A stretch of 64,000 nt of DNA from Pseudomonadota bacterium (GCA_043821645.1 JBDRCO010000113.1:128001-192000), one strand, 5' to 3'; counted from the first letter of the stretch, positions 9,667-20,121 are shown. The notes: generated by a model not told the origin, from the letters alone. A program made the numbers and translations.

Positions 9667-11949
9667 TCAGACCAGGCTGCGCGAGCGAAGGCGCAGGCTG
9701 TTCAGCACAACGCTGATGCTCGAGAAGGCCATGGCTGCCGCCGCCAGCGCAGGGTGGAGCATGCGCAGGGCATCTGGAAGCCAGGTCCACGGTGCCAGCA
9801 CACCGGCCGCCACGGGAATGAGCACCACGTTGTAGCCAAATGCCCAGAACAGGTTCTGCCGCACGGTCGACAGTGTCGCCCGGGACAGCTGGATGGCGCG
9901 TGGCAGGGCGCGGATGTCCCCGCCGACGAGAGTCAGGTCTGCCGCTTCGACCGCCACGTCGGCGCCACCCCCCATGGCGATGCCCACGTCTGCGCTGGCC
10001 AGTGCCGGCGCATCGTTGATGCCATCACCGACCATGGCGACGCGCTGGCCCTGGGCCTGCCAGCGACGGACGACCTCGACCTTGCCCTCGGGTTGAACCC
10101 CGGCCTCGACCTGGTTCAAGCCCACGGCCTGCGCCACGCTCGCGGCGGCCTGGGGTCTATCCCCTGTGACCATGACGGGACGCAGTCCCAGGGCGAGCAG
10201 GGAGCGTACAGCCTCGCCGGCCGAAGGGCGCGGGGGGTCCGACACCGCGAGCACACCGACGACCTTGCCGTCGCGTTCCACTGCGAAGGACGTGGCACCC
10301 TGCGCGTCGTGCGCATCGAGCGCCTGCCGCAGCGGGAGAGGCCAGCTGGTGGGGTCGGAGATCCAGTCGATGCGCCCGATGCGGATCGCGGCACCGTCGA
10401 CCCGTGCCTGGACGCCGCGACCGGGCAAACTGAGAAAGTCCGCCGCCGCTGGAGGGTCCAGGGATCTGGCGCGCGCAGCCAGGACCACCGCGCGTCCGAC
10501 GGGATGCTCCGAGGCTGCCTCGACGGCGGCCACCACCGACAGGAACGCGTCCCTGTCGGGGTCGAGACAGGTGAAACCCGTGAGTTGCGGTGCTCCCTCG
10601 GTGAGGGTGCCCGTCTTGTCCAGCAGCACCACATCGACCTGGCCGGCGCGCTCCACCGCCGCGGCGTCGCGAAACAGGACTCCCATCGCCGCCCCACGGG
10701 CCGTCCCGACCAGGATCGCCGTGGGTGTGGCCAGACCCAGGGCGCAGGGGCAGGCCACCACCAGCACGGCGATGGCGCGCACCAGCGCAGGCACGAAGGC
10801 CCCGCCCAGGCTCCACCACAGCGCCAGGGTGAGGATCGCGATCCCCACGATGGCCGGAACAAACACCGCGGAGACGCGGTCCGCCAGCTGCTGCACCGGT
10901 GCGCGGCTGGCCTGTGCGGCCTGCACCAGACGCACGATCTGGGCGAGACGCGTGTCCGCCCCCACTCCGGTGATCTCGACCTCGAGCGTGCCATCCTGGT
11001 TGAGAGTGGCACCGGTGACCCTGTCGCCGACCCCACGGTCGACGGGAACGGGTTCTCCAGTGAGCAGGCTCTCGTCGACGGCGGACCCCCCTGCCACGAC
11101 CATGCCGTCGACAGGGATGCGCTCCCCGGGCCTGACGCGAACCCGCTGACCGGGGCGCAACAGAGCCACCTCCAGGTCGTGTTCGGCACCCTGCTCATCG
11201 AGCAGGTGCGCACGCGGTGGCGCCAGGTCGAGCAAGGCGCGCAGGGCCTGGGACGCGCGGCCCCGGGCCACGGTCTCGAGCATCTTCCCGAGCTTGACCA
11301 GGGTGATGATGAGGGCGGCGGTCTCGAAGTACAGGTGTCCCGGAGCGCCGGCGAACAGCACCGCGAGCGAATACAGGTACGCGGTACTGGACCCCAGAGC
11401 AACCAGCACGTCCATGCTGGCACTGCGATTGCGGAGCGATCGCAGGGCGCCGAGGTAGAAACCCAGACCCGTGTAGAACTGTACCGGTGTGGCCAGCGCG
11501 AAGAGTGCCAGGTCGACGGCCGTCGTGTTCGCCCAGGCGCCCCATAGCCCGAAATCGCGCCCCATGCTGAGGACCAGCAATGGGGCCGTGAACACCGCGC
11601 CGACCACAAAGGCTCTGAGCTCGCGCCGCTGCTCATGCTGCCTGGCGCTGTGCTCGTCGTCGTCACCCGCTGCGACCGTCGGCGATGGCAGCACCGCCTG
11701 ATAGCCAGCCCAGCGAACCGCCTCGGCGATGTCGTCGAGGCTCGCCTGCGTCGGGTCATAGCGAACGTGGGCACTCTCGGTGGCCAGGTTGACCGTGGCC
11801 TCGGACACGCCAGGGACCATCTTGTGCAGCGCTCGCTCGACAGCGCGAGAGCAATTGGCGCAGGTCATCCCGACAATGGGAACATCGATCTGGATCCAGC
11901 GACCGGGCGCGGGCGGAGACATGCCGGGCGACGTCCGCAGCGGGCTCAT
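9667..11949 (-). CDS. copA: Cu(I)-translocating P1B-type ATPase
   Basis: GMTCANC metal-binding domain, [34 protein letters not shown] and MAFSS transmembrane Cu ligands; ATGA overlap with copZ. Confidence 0.93.
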   Translation of the reverse strand: MSPLRTSPGMSPPAPGRWIQIDVPIVGMTCANCSRAVERALHKMVPGVSEATVNLATESAHVRYDPTQASLDDIAEAVRWAGYQAVLPSPTVAAGDDDEHSARQHEQRRELRAFVVGAVFTAPLLVLSMGRDFGLWGAWANTTAVDLALFALATPVQFYTGLGFYLGALRSLRNRSASMDVLVALGSSTAYLYSLAVLFAGAPGHLYFETAALIITLVKLGKMLETVARGRASQALRALLDLAPPRAHLLDEQGAEHDLEVALLRPGQRVRVRPGERIPVDGMVVAGGSAVDESLLTGEPVPVDRGVGDRVTGATLNQDGTLEVEITGVGADTRLAQIVRLVQAAQASRAPVQQLADRVSAVFVPAIVGIAILTLALWWSLGGAFVPALVRAIAVLVVACPCALGLATPTAILVGTARGAAMGVLFRDAAAVERAGQVDVVLLDKTGTLTEGAPQLTGFTCLDPDRDAFLSVVAAVEAASEHPVGRAVVLAARARSLDPPAAADFLSLPGRGVQARVDGAAIRIGRIDWISDPTSWPLPLRQALDAHDAQGATSFAVERDGKVVGVLAVSDPPRPSAGEAVRSLLALGLRPVMVTGDRPQAAASVAQAVGLNQVEAGVQPEGKVEVVRRWQAQGQRVAMVGDGINDAPALASADVGIAMGGGADVAVEAADLTLVGGDIRALPRAIQLSRATLSTVRQNLFWAFGYNVVLIPVAAGVLAPWTWLPDALRMLHPALAAAAMAFSSISVVLNSLRLRSRSLV

Positions 11950-12155
11950 CCGTCGCTGGCGGGGTAGCCGATGGCCTCGAGGGTCTGCGCGATCTGCTCC
12001 CACGACGCCGGCGCCGTCCAGGCGATGGTCACGGTCTTGCTGGCGGGATCACCCTCGACCTGCTCGACGCCAGCGATCTCAGAGATCTCGCGGCGAATGT
12101 TCATGACGCAGTGGCCACAGCTGATCGCGGGAACCACCACACTCTTCTCGGACAT
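11946..12155 (-). CDS. copZ: Heavy-metal (copper) chaperone, HMA domain
   Basis: 69 aa, ISCGHC motif, C-terminal 'IGY'; GGAGG RBS; directly upstream of the ATPase. Confidence 0.88.
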   Translation of the reverse strand: MSEKSVVVPAISCGHCVMNIRREISEIAGVEQVEGDPASKTVTIAWTAPASWEQIAQTLEAIGYPASDG

Positions 12156-12243
12156 GACCCACCTCCACGCTCAGCCACACCTCTAGTGGTGCGCCGAACA
12201 TGTACATAGCTCACGGGCGCCGCGCGGGCAGCGAGGTCAAGGC

Positions 12244-12855
12244 TTAGGGCTGTCCCAGGGCACGCAGGCATTCACTGCGAGCCACCGCGTCGTGCTCCAG
12301 CACACCCGTGAAGGCGGTGGTGACCACGCGTTCCTCGCCGCGGCGGTTTTCACCGAGGATCAAACAAAGCTGCGCAGTCTCGACCACGCAGGCCGCGCCC
12401 CGGGCTTGACCATGCTTGACCAAGGCCTCGGCCACGTCGCGGGTGAACCACTCCTGGTAGGTCAGGCGATGACCCAGGGCGTCGACCAGACGGGCAATAC
12501 GCCCGAACCCATGCAGGCAACCACCTGGAAGATAGGCCACGTGCGCCACGCCACGCCAGGGGACCAGGTGGTGCGGACACATGCCGTGCACGGCAATGTC
12601 GCGCACCGTGACCAGATCCTGCCGTGGGTCCTCGAAGCCCGAGCTCAGCAGGGACTCCAGCTGCACGTCGTAGCCATCGAGCAGCCGGCTGGCCCACAAC
12701 TCGTTCACCCGCTCGGCGGTGTGCGCCAGGTGTACCGGATCGATATCGAACCCCGCCGCCTCGAGCATGGCATTGACCGCCGCACGGAACTTTTGCTGGT
12801 CCGGCAGGCGCGTTCGCGGAAGTCCGACAGGCGTGGCATCAGGACTCATGCTCAC
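12244..12855 (-). CDS. folE: GTP cyclohydrolase I (divergent)
   Basis: TAERV, 'MCPHHLVPW.G.AHVAYLP', 'RIARLVD..RLTYQE' and third Cys 'QLC'. Confidence 0.8.
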   Translation of the reverse strand: MSMSPDATPVGLPRTRLPDQQKFRAAVNAMLEAAGFDIDPVHLAHTAERVNELWASRLLDGYDVQLESLLSSGFEDPRQDLVTVRDIAVHGMCPHHLVPWRGVAHVAYLPGGCLHGFGRIARLVDALGHRLTYQEWFTRDVAEALVKHGQARGAACVVETAQLCLILGENRRGEERVVTTAFTGVLEHDAVARSECLRALGQP

Positions 12856-13195
12856 CTCGATAGATCACCGCTGACGTCGGGATCTCGTACACCCTGATCT
12901 CGAACAGCCCGCCCAGCGTGGGCGCCAACCGAGCCCAGACCCACCGTGCAATATTTTCGGCGGTCGGGATCTCGATCAGCTCATTGAGGTCGCGGTGGTC
13001 GAGATGGTCCAGGGCCTGTTCGCGGACGATCCGGTCGAGCACTGCAAAATCCATGACCATCCCGCTGTGGTCATCGATCGGACCCTGCACCGTCACTTCG
13101 ACGGTGTAGTTGTGCCCGTGCAGGCGTCGGCAAGCCCCGTCGTGGCGTTCCAGGTGGTGCGCGGCCGAGAACTCGTAGCGGTTGCGAAGAAGCAT
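12839..13195 (-). CDS. queD: 6-carboxytetrahydropterin synthase / PTPS family
   Basis: FSAAH, CRRLHGHNY, GMVMDF, LDHRDLN, PTAENIA, VYE motifs; GAGG RBS. Confidence 0.88.
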   Translation of the reverse strand: MLLRNRYEFSAAHHLERHDGACRRLHGHNYTVEVTVQGPIDDHSGMVMDFAVLDRIVREQALDHLDHRDLNELIEIPTAENIARWVWARLAPTLGGLFEIRVYEIPTSAVIYRGEHES

Positions 13196-13400
13196 GGCAC
13201 CTCGCCGTCTGACCGCAAGACGCTGCGGTCCACGGCCATTTAGAGAACGGCCCCCGCCGCTGTCAAGCCAGGGGCCACCGTCGGTGCCCCGGGAGTGTTC
13301 TTGGCGCACCCTCCGGAGTGCCAGGAGGACCGCGCGGTTGCGACGACAACATGCCAGTGGTATCGATTGTCTTTGGACCGATGCAAGGAAACACCAACGT

Positions 13401-14183
13401 ATGACATCACAGGAGGCGCGCAGAGCGTCACTGACCCGACATTTCGGTCAGGGCGACATCATCTTCCGCGAAGGCGAGGACGGCCGGGAGATGCTCGTGG
13501 TGCGCAAGGGTCGGGTGCGCATCTTTCGCAAGACAGGGGATTCCGAGCTCACCCTGGCCGAGCTGGGGCCAGGCGAGTCCTTTGGCGAGATGTCGATCCT
13601 GGACCAGACCACCCGCTCGGCGACGGCCATGGCGCTGGAGGAAACCGATCTCGTCGTCGTCGAGGAACACGCCTTCGAGAACATGCTCAAGGAACGTCCG
13701 GACATTGCCGTCCGGCTGCTCAAGAAGCTGTCCGCCCGATTGCGCGAGGCAAACCGGCAAATCCAGCTCCTCACGGTCCACGGCAGCGCGGCGAGGGTGG
13801 TGGAGACCCTGCGGCTGTGGAGCCAGGGACGTGGCGAGGGCGAGGTCCTGCTCACCGGGGTCACCCCGGACGAGCTGTGGCGCGCGGCCGGGACCCGGCG
13901 CGAGGTGTTTGGCGAGATCCTGCACAAGCTGGGCGAGGTTGGCATCGCGCGCTTCAGTGGCGACGGGCTTCACATCCAGTGGCCGCAGGGTCTGGACGAC
14001 TATCTCGAGTACCTGGACCTCAAGCGGTCCTTCGATCCGGCCACCAGCCAGGAGCTGGCAGCCTTGCGTCAGCTGGGCACACCCGTGCAGGCTTCGCAGG
14101 CGGACGCAGAGAAACCCGTCCACGATGAGAAGCGCGAGGATCCCTATGCGCGATTCCTGCAGCTCAAGGAGCGCTTTGAGTGA
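13401..14183 (+). CDS. Crp/Fnr-family cNMP-binding regulator
   Basis: 'GDIIFREGEDG..LAELGPGESFGEMSILD..RSATAMA' cNMP-binding domain; degenerate HTH 'GTRRE..ILHKL'. Confidence 0.8.
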   Translation: MTSQEARRASLTRHFGQGDIIFREGEDGREMLVVRKGRVRIFRKTGDSELTLAELGPGESFGEMSILDQTTRSATAMALEETDLVVVEEHAFENMLKERPDIAVRLLKKLSARLREANRQIQLLTVHGSAARVVETLRLWSQGRGEGEVLLTGVTPDELWRAAGTRREVFGEILHKLGEVGIARFSGDGLHIQWPQGLDDYLEYLDLKRSFDPATSQELAALRQLGTPVQASQADAEKPVHDEKREDPYARFLQLKERFE

Positions 14184-14231
14184 TGAACCCCACCGTCATG
14201 CTGGATCCCCCGGCGCGCTGAGGCAGACCCC

Positions 14232-17200
14232 ATGAGAGTCCGCTGCGAAAACTGCCAGGCACAGTACAACGTCGACGACGGGCGAGTGCCGCCCCAGGGC
14301 GTCTCCATCACCTGTCCCAAGTGCCAGACCACATTCGTGGTCAAACCGGGCAGCGGCATCGACCAGGCCGTGCCCCTGCCAAGCTCGGGGGCGACGCCTC
14401 CAGGATTTGGTGCCGTGCCCTTGCCCGGGTCCACGCCGGTTTTTCCGACCGGCCAATCGGCCATCCCCTTGCCAGGACGAGCGGCTCCGACACCCGCCGC
14501 ACGCCCTGCGGTGCCCTTTCCTGGTGCACCCTCGACACCACAGTTCGGCCAGGGGGCTGTTCCTCTACCCGGTGGAACACCCGCCAGAGGTGGTGCGGTG
14601 CCCTTGCCCGCCGGCACGGGAGGAGGCTCGGCACCTGCGCCACGTGCCTCGGGATTGAGTGACATCTTTGGAGACACGGGTGAGCGGGCGCCAGGCACGA
14701 TCGACTCGATCCCGTCACACCCCTTCCACGGCGATTCCTCGGTTGCCAAGGCCCAGCGACGGGGCAGCCTTGCTGACTTCATTGATCAGCAGGCACCGAG
14801 CGCTCCCACAGCGTCCACCCTGCAGTACCAGGTGAGACGCCGCTCCGGCCGCGTCTTCGGGCCGTATGACGAGTCCACGATCCTGTCGATGCTCCGAAAA
14901 TTCGAATTCGCCGGTAACGAGGAGGCCTCGGCCGACGGCCATAACTGGAAACCGCTTTCCGCCATCAGCGTGTTCGCTGAGGAAATACAGGCACTGACCG
15001 CAGCAGCTCTCGGAGGCCTCGGTGCCCTTCCCTCCCGCAACGATCCGGATCTTCCGGGACTCGCAGGGGTCGATCTGCCGGGACTGCCCAACATGGATCT
15101 ACCTGGGCTCCCCAACATGGACCTGCCCGGACTCCCGCGTGCCGATCTCCCGGGGCTTCCGAACGCCGACCTGCCGGGCCTGTCGGGGCGCGACCTGCCG
15201 GGCCTGTCGAACCGCGAACTCCCCGGACTGCGCAACACTGCACCCGTCGTCTACAACCCCGATCAGCATGGCCGCGGCGCGCCGTCCATGGGTCCGGACC
15301 CCATGGCGGACATCGGAATCTCGTTCTCCGATGGTCAGTCCCTGAGCTCGGGTTCCATCGACCATGCGTCGCTGGCACCCAATGATCCCCTCGCCATCGA
15401 CCTGAGTCTGTCGGTCGAGGACAGGGTCCGCACCAAGGGCCGGGGGCCTCGCGTCAAAGGCGCTCGCGAGCCTCGCGATCTGCGCTCCATCCTCCTGTTC
15501 ATCGCCAGCACCTTGATGATCGTCATCATCGCTGGCGGAGTGTTCCTCGGCCTGGCCACAGACCACGGTTGGTTCGGATACAACTGGGTCGGGAAGCACC
15601 TCATCCCGAAAGACGACCCGAATCCGACAGACACCCCTGTTCCAGTTCCCAACGCGGTGAGCACCGCCAACATCGACGAGTACATCGCGAGGGACAACCA
15701 CGTGGCGTCCGCCCAGGCCGTGCTCGTGCTGAGTGCACAGGCCACCATGACGCCGGAGCTCGCAGTGAAGAGTGCCTACGTCTATGCGCGCATGGCGCTG
15801 CTTGATGACGACCGCAGCGGCGTTGTCGCAGGGCGAGGCGCGCTGGCTCGGGCGGGTGACCTGGCGCAATCGCCGGACGCCCTGTTCGCGGGGGCCGTCT
15901 TTGACCTCCTCGAGGGAAACTGTGACGGGGCCATCGAGCTCTTGAAGACCGAGGTCGGCGCAGACCCTCCGAAGGAGCCGAAACCTCAGCTGGGCAACCT
16001 GCTCCCCCTGATGGGCCTGGCTCACAGCTGCAACAAGTTTGCAGACCCCGAGAAGGCCAACCTCTTCGTCGACGCAGCCCTAATGGCCGATCCGCACAAC
16101 CAGTTTGCGCTGTGGGTCCAGGCCCGCCTGGCGTTGCGGATGGAGGACCCTGCCACGGCCGAGGGATACCTGCAGAAGCTGGTCGAGGAGAAGCCCGACG
16201 ACGCACGAGCGTGGCTGCACCTCGCCGAGGCATCGCTTCTGGTCAAGGGTCACGAGGATCAGGCACGACGCTCGTTCGAGACCGCATTGACTGTGGGCGC
16301 CTCCACCCTGGCGCCCTGGCAGATCGGGCGAGCGAGCCTCGGCCTCGCCACGCTGCACCGTGACATGCGGCAGTTCAAGGAAGCCGAGGACGTCGCGGGA
16401 AAGTCCTTCGCGTCTGCCGGAGGCCACCCGCCCACGCTCAAGCTCATCGGTAACTTTGCCCTCGATCTGTTCATGTACGATCTGGCGCAGAAGGTCTTCC
16501 GCCGCTGCGTCGAGATCGAGCCGAACGACAGGGAGGCGGTGGTCGGACTGGCCCGCGCCCTCGCGGGCAGCCGCAATCCCCTGGAGGCTTACGAGGCACT
16601 CAATCGCCTGCTCAAGAGCGATCCGAAGGACGCGTACCTGACATTCTGGATGGGCCAGATTCACCTCGCCATGACCAAGCGCGCCCAGGCGCGGGACCTC
16701 TTCAGCAAGGCGCATACTCTGGATCCCAAGAGTGCGGCACCGCTGGTCGCGCTGGTCCAGTATGAGCTTGCCCTGGGTGACATCGACGGGGCACAGCGTT
16801 GGATCACGAAGTACCGGGATGGTGTGGCCCCGGATCAGCAGGGCGAGATGGACCTGGCGCAGTCCTGGGTCCACCAGCGTCTACGCAACTTCCCGGCCGC
16901 CATGTCCTCGGTCCAGAAGGCGATCGACAGCAAGTGGAACGGCACGCGGGTCCAGATCCAGAAAGCCCTCATCCTCATCGATGAGCTGCATCCCAAGGAA
17001 GCGGCTCCCCTGATCCGCGACGCCTACGCCGATAACCCCAACGATCCCTTCCGCATCAACGCCATGGCCTTGCTCGTCATTGCCCAGGGGAAACCCAAGG
17101 AGGCAGTGCGCCTGCTCGAAGACGCACTGGCTCGCGACAAGACCATCGCCACTTACAACCTGACCACGGCCCTGGCGCACATCGACATGGGGGAGTGGGA

Positions 17201-17912
17201 CACGGCGATCGAGGATGTGCGGATTGCCTCGGAGGTCGAGCCGGATCACATCAATGTGCTCTACTACCGGGGCCTGGCCCTGCGCGGCAAGGGGGACTAC
17301 AAGAACGCCCTCGCCGTGTTCAAGCAGGGCGAGCAGGTCTCCCCCAAGGACGCGCGCTTCAGCCTGGAGATGGGCCGCACCTACGCGGCAAACGGCGATT
17401 TCCTCGACGCCATCGACTACTTCAAGTCGACCATCTTCAAGGACGAACATTGGGCCCTCGCCTACTTCGAACTGGGCAAGGCCTACATGGAACTTGTGCG
17501 GTACAACACGGCCCGGGAGCAGTTCGATCAGGCCCTGCGGCTGCGGCCCGACTGGGCCGTCGTGCATATGTGGATTGGCGACACCGTGGCCAAGTCCGGA
17601 GACTACCCGACAGCGCTCAAGGAATACCGCGCAGCCATTGCTGGCGATCCCCAGCTGACCGAGGCCCACTGCAAATCGGGCTCCGTGCTCAAGAACAACG
17701 GCAAGCTCAAGGACGCTGAGAAGGACCTGATCAAGTGCCTCAAGGGCAACCCCAAGCATCCCGAGGCACACAAGTGGCTGGGCTACATTTTCAAGGACCT
17801 CAAGCGCAAGCGCGATGCCATCGAGAGCTTCGAGCGCCACCTCAAGTTCAGCCCTGATGATCTCGAGAACGAACTGGTGCGCGACGAGATCCAGACGCTC
17901 AAGAATCGCTGA
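14232..17912 (+). CDS. MJ0042-type zinc ribbon, GYF_2 domain, DLPGL repeats, TM and large periplasmic TPR array
   Basis: MRVRCENCQAQY..ITCPKC; 'RSGRVFGPY..W.PL' GYF_2; TM 'ILLFIASTLMIVIIAGGVFLG'; many TPRs. Confidence 0.8.
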   Translation: MRVRCENCQAQYNVDDGRVPPQGVSITCPKCQTTFVVKPGSGIDQAVPLPSSGATPPGFGAVPLPGSTPVFPTGQSAIPLPGRAAPTPAARPAVPFPGAPSTPQFGQGAVPLPGGTPARGGAVPLPAGTGGGSAPAPRASGLSDIFGDTGERAPGTIDSIPSHPFHGDSSVAKAQRRGSLADFIDQQAPSAPTASTLQYQVRRRSGRVFGPYDESTILSMLRKFEFAGNEEASADGHNWKPLSAISVFAEEIQALTAAALGGLGALPSRNDPDLPGLAGVDLPGLPNMDLPGLPNMDLPGLPRADLPGLPNADLPGLSGRDLPGLSNRELPGLRNTAPVVYNPDQHGRGAPSMGPDPMADIGISFSDGQSLSSGSIDHASLAPNDPLAIDLSLSVEDRVRTKGRGPRVKGAREPRDLRSILLFIASTLMIVIIAGGVFLGLATDHGWFGYNWVGKHLIPKDDPNPTDTPVPVPNAVSTANIDEYIARDNHVASAQAVLVLSAQATMTPELAVKSAYVYARMALLDDDRSGVVAGRGALARAGDLAQSPDALFAGAVFDLLEGNCDGAIELLKTEVGADPPKEPKPQLGNLLPLMGLAHSCNKFADPEKANLFVDAALMADPHNQFALWVQARLALRMEDPATAEGYLQKLVEEKPDDARAWLHLAEASLLVKGHEDQARRSFETALTVGASTLAPWQIGRASLGLATLHRDMRQFKEAEDVAGKSFASAGGHPPTLKLIGNFALDLFMYDLAQKVFRRCVEIEPNDREAVVGLARALAGSRNPLEAYEALNRLLKSDPKDAYLTFWMGQIHLAMTKRAQARDLFSKAHTLDPKSAAPLVALVQYELALGDIDGAQRWITKYRDGVAPDQQGEMDLAQSWVHQRLRNFPAAMSSVQKAIDSKWNGTRVQIQKALILIDELHPKEAAPLIRDAYADNPNDPFRINAMALLVIAQGKPKEAVRLLEDALARDKTIATYNLTTALAHIDMGEWDTAIEDVRIASEVEPDHINVLYYRGLALRGKGDYKNALAVFKQGEQVSPKDARFSLEMGRTYAANGDFLDAIDYFKSTIFKDEHWALAYFELGKAYMELVRYNTAREQFDQALRLRPDWAVVHMWIGDTVAKSGDYPTALKEYRAAIAGDPQLTEAHCKSGSVLKNNGKLKDAEKDLIKCLKGNPKHPEAHKWLGYIFKDLKRKRDAIESFERHLKFSPDDLENELVRDEIQTLKNR
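15048..15230 (+). repeat. Coding tandem repeat, about 8 x 24 bp, encoding (D/E)LPGLxxx
   Basis: DLPGLAGV DLPGLPNM DLPGLPNM DLPGLPRA DLPGLPNA DLPGLSGR DLPGLSNR ELPGL. Confidence 0.9.
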
Positions 17913-17930
17913 GCACCTGCCGGGCCGCCT

Positions 17931-18731
17931 TCACTCCTCGGGTGGCGGGTCGTAATCCTTGGTCTTGATGGGCTGGTCATCCTTGAACAGGGTCTTTCGC
18001 TGCAGCCCTCCCTGGGGGTACCACTCCACAGCCTCGCCCTGCTTCTTGCCGTCGACATAGTTCATCTCGAGTGACTTCTGGGCGTTGCCAAACCACAGCT
18101 GATATTGGCCGTGCTTGACGCCTTCGCGCACCTGCATGAAGGATTGTTGCACGCCGTCCTCGTACCACTCCTTCACGTCGCCATGCAGCTTGCCTGCGCG
18201 CACAGTGCCCTCGTACTTCTTGTTGCCGTTGGGGTACCACTCCTGGCGCAATCCCTCCTCGATGCCGTTCTTGAATTCCGTCTCCTGGATCTTGGTGCCA
18301 TTGAGAGCCCACACGGTGCGCTTGCCGTTTTCTTTCCCGGCGACGAACGCGGTCGAGAGTTTCTTGGCTCCGTTGTCGTGCCACTCCTGCACGGGTCCGT
18401 CCTCGACACCATCCTTGTACGTGGCCTCGCGCTTCTTGCCGCCCTTCGGGAGCCATTCGACGAAGGCACCTTCTCGCTTGCCCTCGACGTAATTCTCCTC
18501 GAGGGCCAGCATGCCGTCGTCGAACCAGCGGGTGCTGGGTCCGTGCAGGATCTCCTTCTTCAGTCCAAACTCCTCGATGGTTTTCTTGCACACCACGGAG
18601 TTGCCCTTGGGAGGTGGGTCCCCGTACTGCCGCGAGCCCGGCGGGCACAGCGATTTTCCACAGGACAGAACCTGCGGCAGCAGGGCGCTCGCAAACATAA
18701 ATCCGGCGAGAATGTGCAACCTTGTCTTCAC
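17931..18731 (-). CDS. MORN-variant repeat (YwqK-like) lipoprotein
   Basis: GGAGG RBS then GTG; lipobox VLSC; about 8 repeats of 'W(Y/H).NG.KK.E..Y..G...G'. Confidence 0.8.
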   Translation of the reverse strand: MKTRLHILAGFMFASALLPQVLSCGKSLCPPGSRQYGDPPPKGNSVVCKKTIEEFGLKKEILHGPSTRWFDDGMLALEENYVEGKREGAFVEWLPKGGKKREATYKDGVEDGPVQEWHDNGAKKLSTAFVAGKENGKRTVWALNGTKIQETEFKNGIEEGLRQEWYPNGNKKYEGTVRAGKLHGDVKEWYEDGVQQSFMQVREGVKHGQYQLWFGNAQKSLEMNYVDGKKQGEAVEWYPQGGLQRKTLFKDDQPIKTKDYDPPPEE

Positions 18732-18813
18732 GCTCGACCTCCGCTCCCTGGAAAAGTGCTCGGGATCTGGTTTCCGTGGCTGGCCGCGAGTGCCTCGGCC
18801 CGGTCCCCGTGCC

Positions 18814-20121
18814 CTACCCGGCCTCGCCAAGGATCTGGCGATGCGGCCTCAACACGCCGTGCCCGTAGCGGGTCACCACCCCTGGGAGACAGCGCTGCAA
18901 GATGTGCAGGATGGCAGTCTCCCGTGCCTCGTCAAAAGGATAAACGTCGAAAGCCAGTTCATGCTGGCCTGCCCGGGCGCGGAGGGTGAAGGTTCCACCG
19001 CCGGGCCAGTTTCCCAGGATACCCAGATCGCCCTTGCTGTCGAGGATGCATCGTCCCTGCAGCGGCAGCAGGCCCGAGGCCAGCACCCCCTCGAGAGCGC
19101 GGCGCAGCGACGGCTCGGCCAGGGGACGCAGCCCACGCAGCACACACCAGGCATGGGCACGATGCCCCGCGATTCCCGCAAACAGGTCCTGGTCGAAGAT
19201 CGCATTCCCCGGCACCGCCTCGACGCTCCTGGCCGTGCGTTCCAGCACGACCAGGTCGGAGCGGTAGCTGTCGACAGTCCAGTTCTCGTCGAGGTAGCGA
19301 TTGAAATCCGCATGATGCCCGCGCAGCTCGAGGTGCAACTCGCGCCGCACCTCGTCGAAGGTGTCCAGTGCCGCAGGGTGCACACAGCTGATGAGCGTAC
19401 CTCCGGGGCGCAGAGCCGTGATGGCGCGAGAGAGAAAGAGGCGCAGGCAGTTTCGCGTCGACATGGGGTCCGTGAACACGACATCGAAGCAGCCGCGTTC
19501 CCGCAGTGGCCAGCTCCGGGTCAGGTCCCGTTGCACGGCCCGAAGGGGCAACGCGCCGTCGCGGGCGAGATCCCGCAACAGAGGGACGAGCACCTGGCCA
19601 TCGATGTCACAGGCCACCACCGAATGGCCGCTCAGGGCCAGGGGGAGGGATACGAGGTCATCGTCGCCGAGGCAGAGCACCCGCATCCGGTCTCCGGGGC
19701 ACAGGCAGGCGCGCCTCACGGTGGTCTCGGGCAGGCACGGAGTCTGCCCGAAGTCCTGGACCAGGAGCTTGCGCCGGGCAAAAGCGCGCAGGGTCGACCT
19801 GTAGAGGCGTCGCCAGCGCGCATGCGGGCCCGGCCAGGACCAGCGCCACGGCTGACACTGCTGGTCCAGGTGATGCTGCAACACTCCATCGTCGTGACGG
19901 GTCGTCACGGCCAGGAGGCCGCGGCGCACCAGGGGCGCGATCCTGGGGTCGCGAATCCGGCGAGGATCCAGGCCTCTCCACAACTGGATCAGAAGCCTGC
20001 GCTGCTCCGCCCCCAGGTCTGCTCCCAGGGGCATGCTCAGGTGGCGCAGGTGGCTGGGCGTGTCGTCGAGGGAAAGCTCGGCGACCACACCGTCGGCCAG
20101 GGTCAGGAGGCGCTGGGCCAT
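18814..20121 (-). CDS. Branched-chain polyamine synthase (BpsA)-like aminopropyl/methyltransferase with a C-terminal AdoMetDC-like domain
   Basis: 'DFGQ..ETTVRRA..RVLCLGDDDLVSL..DID..DL..FDVVFTDP..LFLSRA..FNRY' BpsA_C signature. Confidence 0.72.
   Translation of the reverse strand: MAQRLLTLADGVVAELSLDDTPSHLRHLSMPLGADLGAEQRRLLIQLWRGLDPRRIRDPRIAPLVRRGLLAVTTRHDDGVLQHHLDQQCQPWRWSWPGPHARWRRLYRSTLRAFARRKLLVQDFGQTPCLPETTVRRACLCPGDRMRVLCLGDDDLVSLPLALSGHSVVACDIDGQVLVPLLRDLARDGALPLRAVQRDLTRSWPLRERGCFDVVFTDPMSTRNCLRLFLSRAITALRPGGTLISCVHPAALDTFDEVRRELHLELRGHHADFNRYLDENWTVDSYRSDLVVLERTARSVEAVPGNAIFDQDLFAGIAGHRAHAWCVLRGLRPLAEPSLRRALEGVLASGLLPLQGRCILDSKGDLGILGNWPGGGTFTLRARAGQHELAFDVYPFDEARETAILHILQRCLPGVVTRYGHGVLRPHRQILGEAG

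Noticed and set aside
12160-12245. CueR/CopY-type operator upstream of copZ (TTGACC, ATGTACAT)
   Set aside because: Spacing to any -10 element is wrong and there is no proper dyad
15048-15230. Possible CRISPR array or VNTR
   Set aside because: In-frame 24-bp coding units with no spacers, synonymous divergence, and no cas genes
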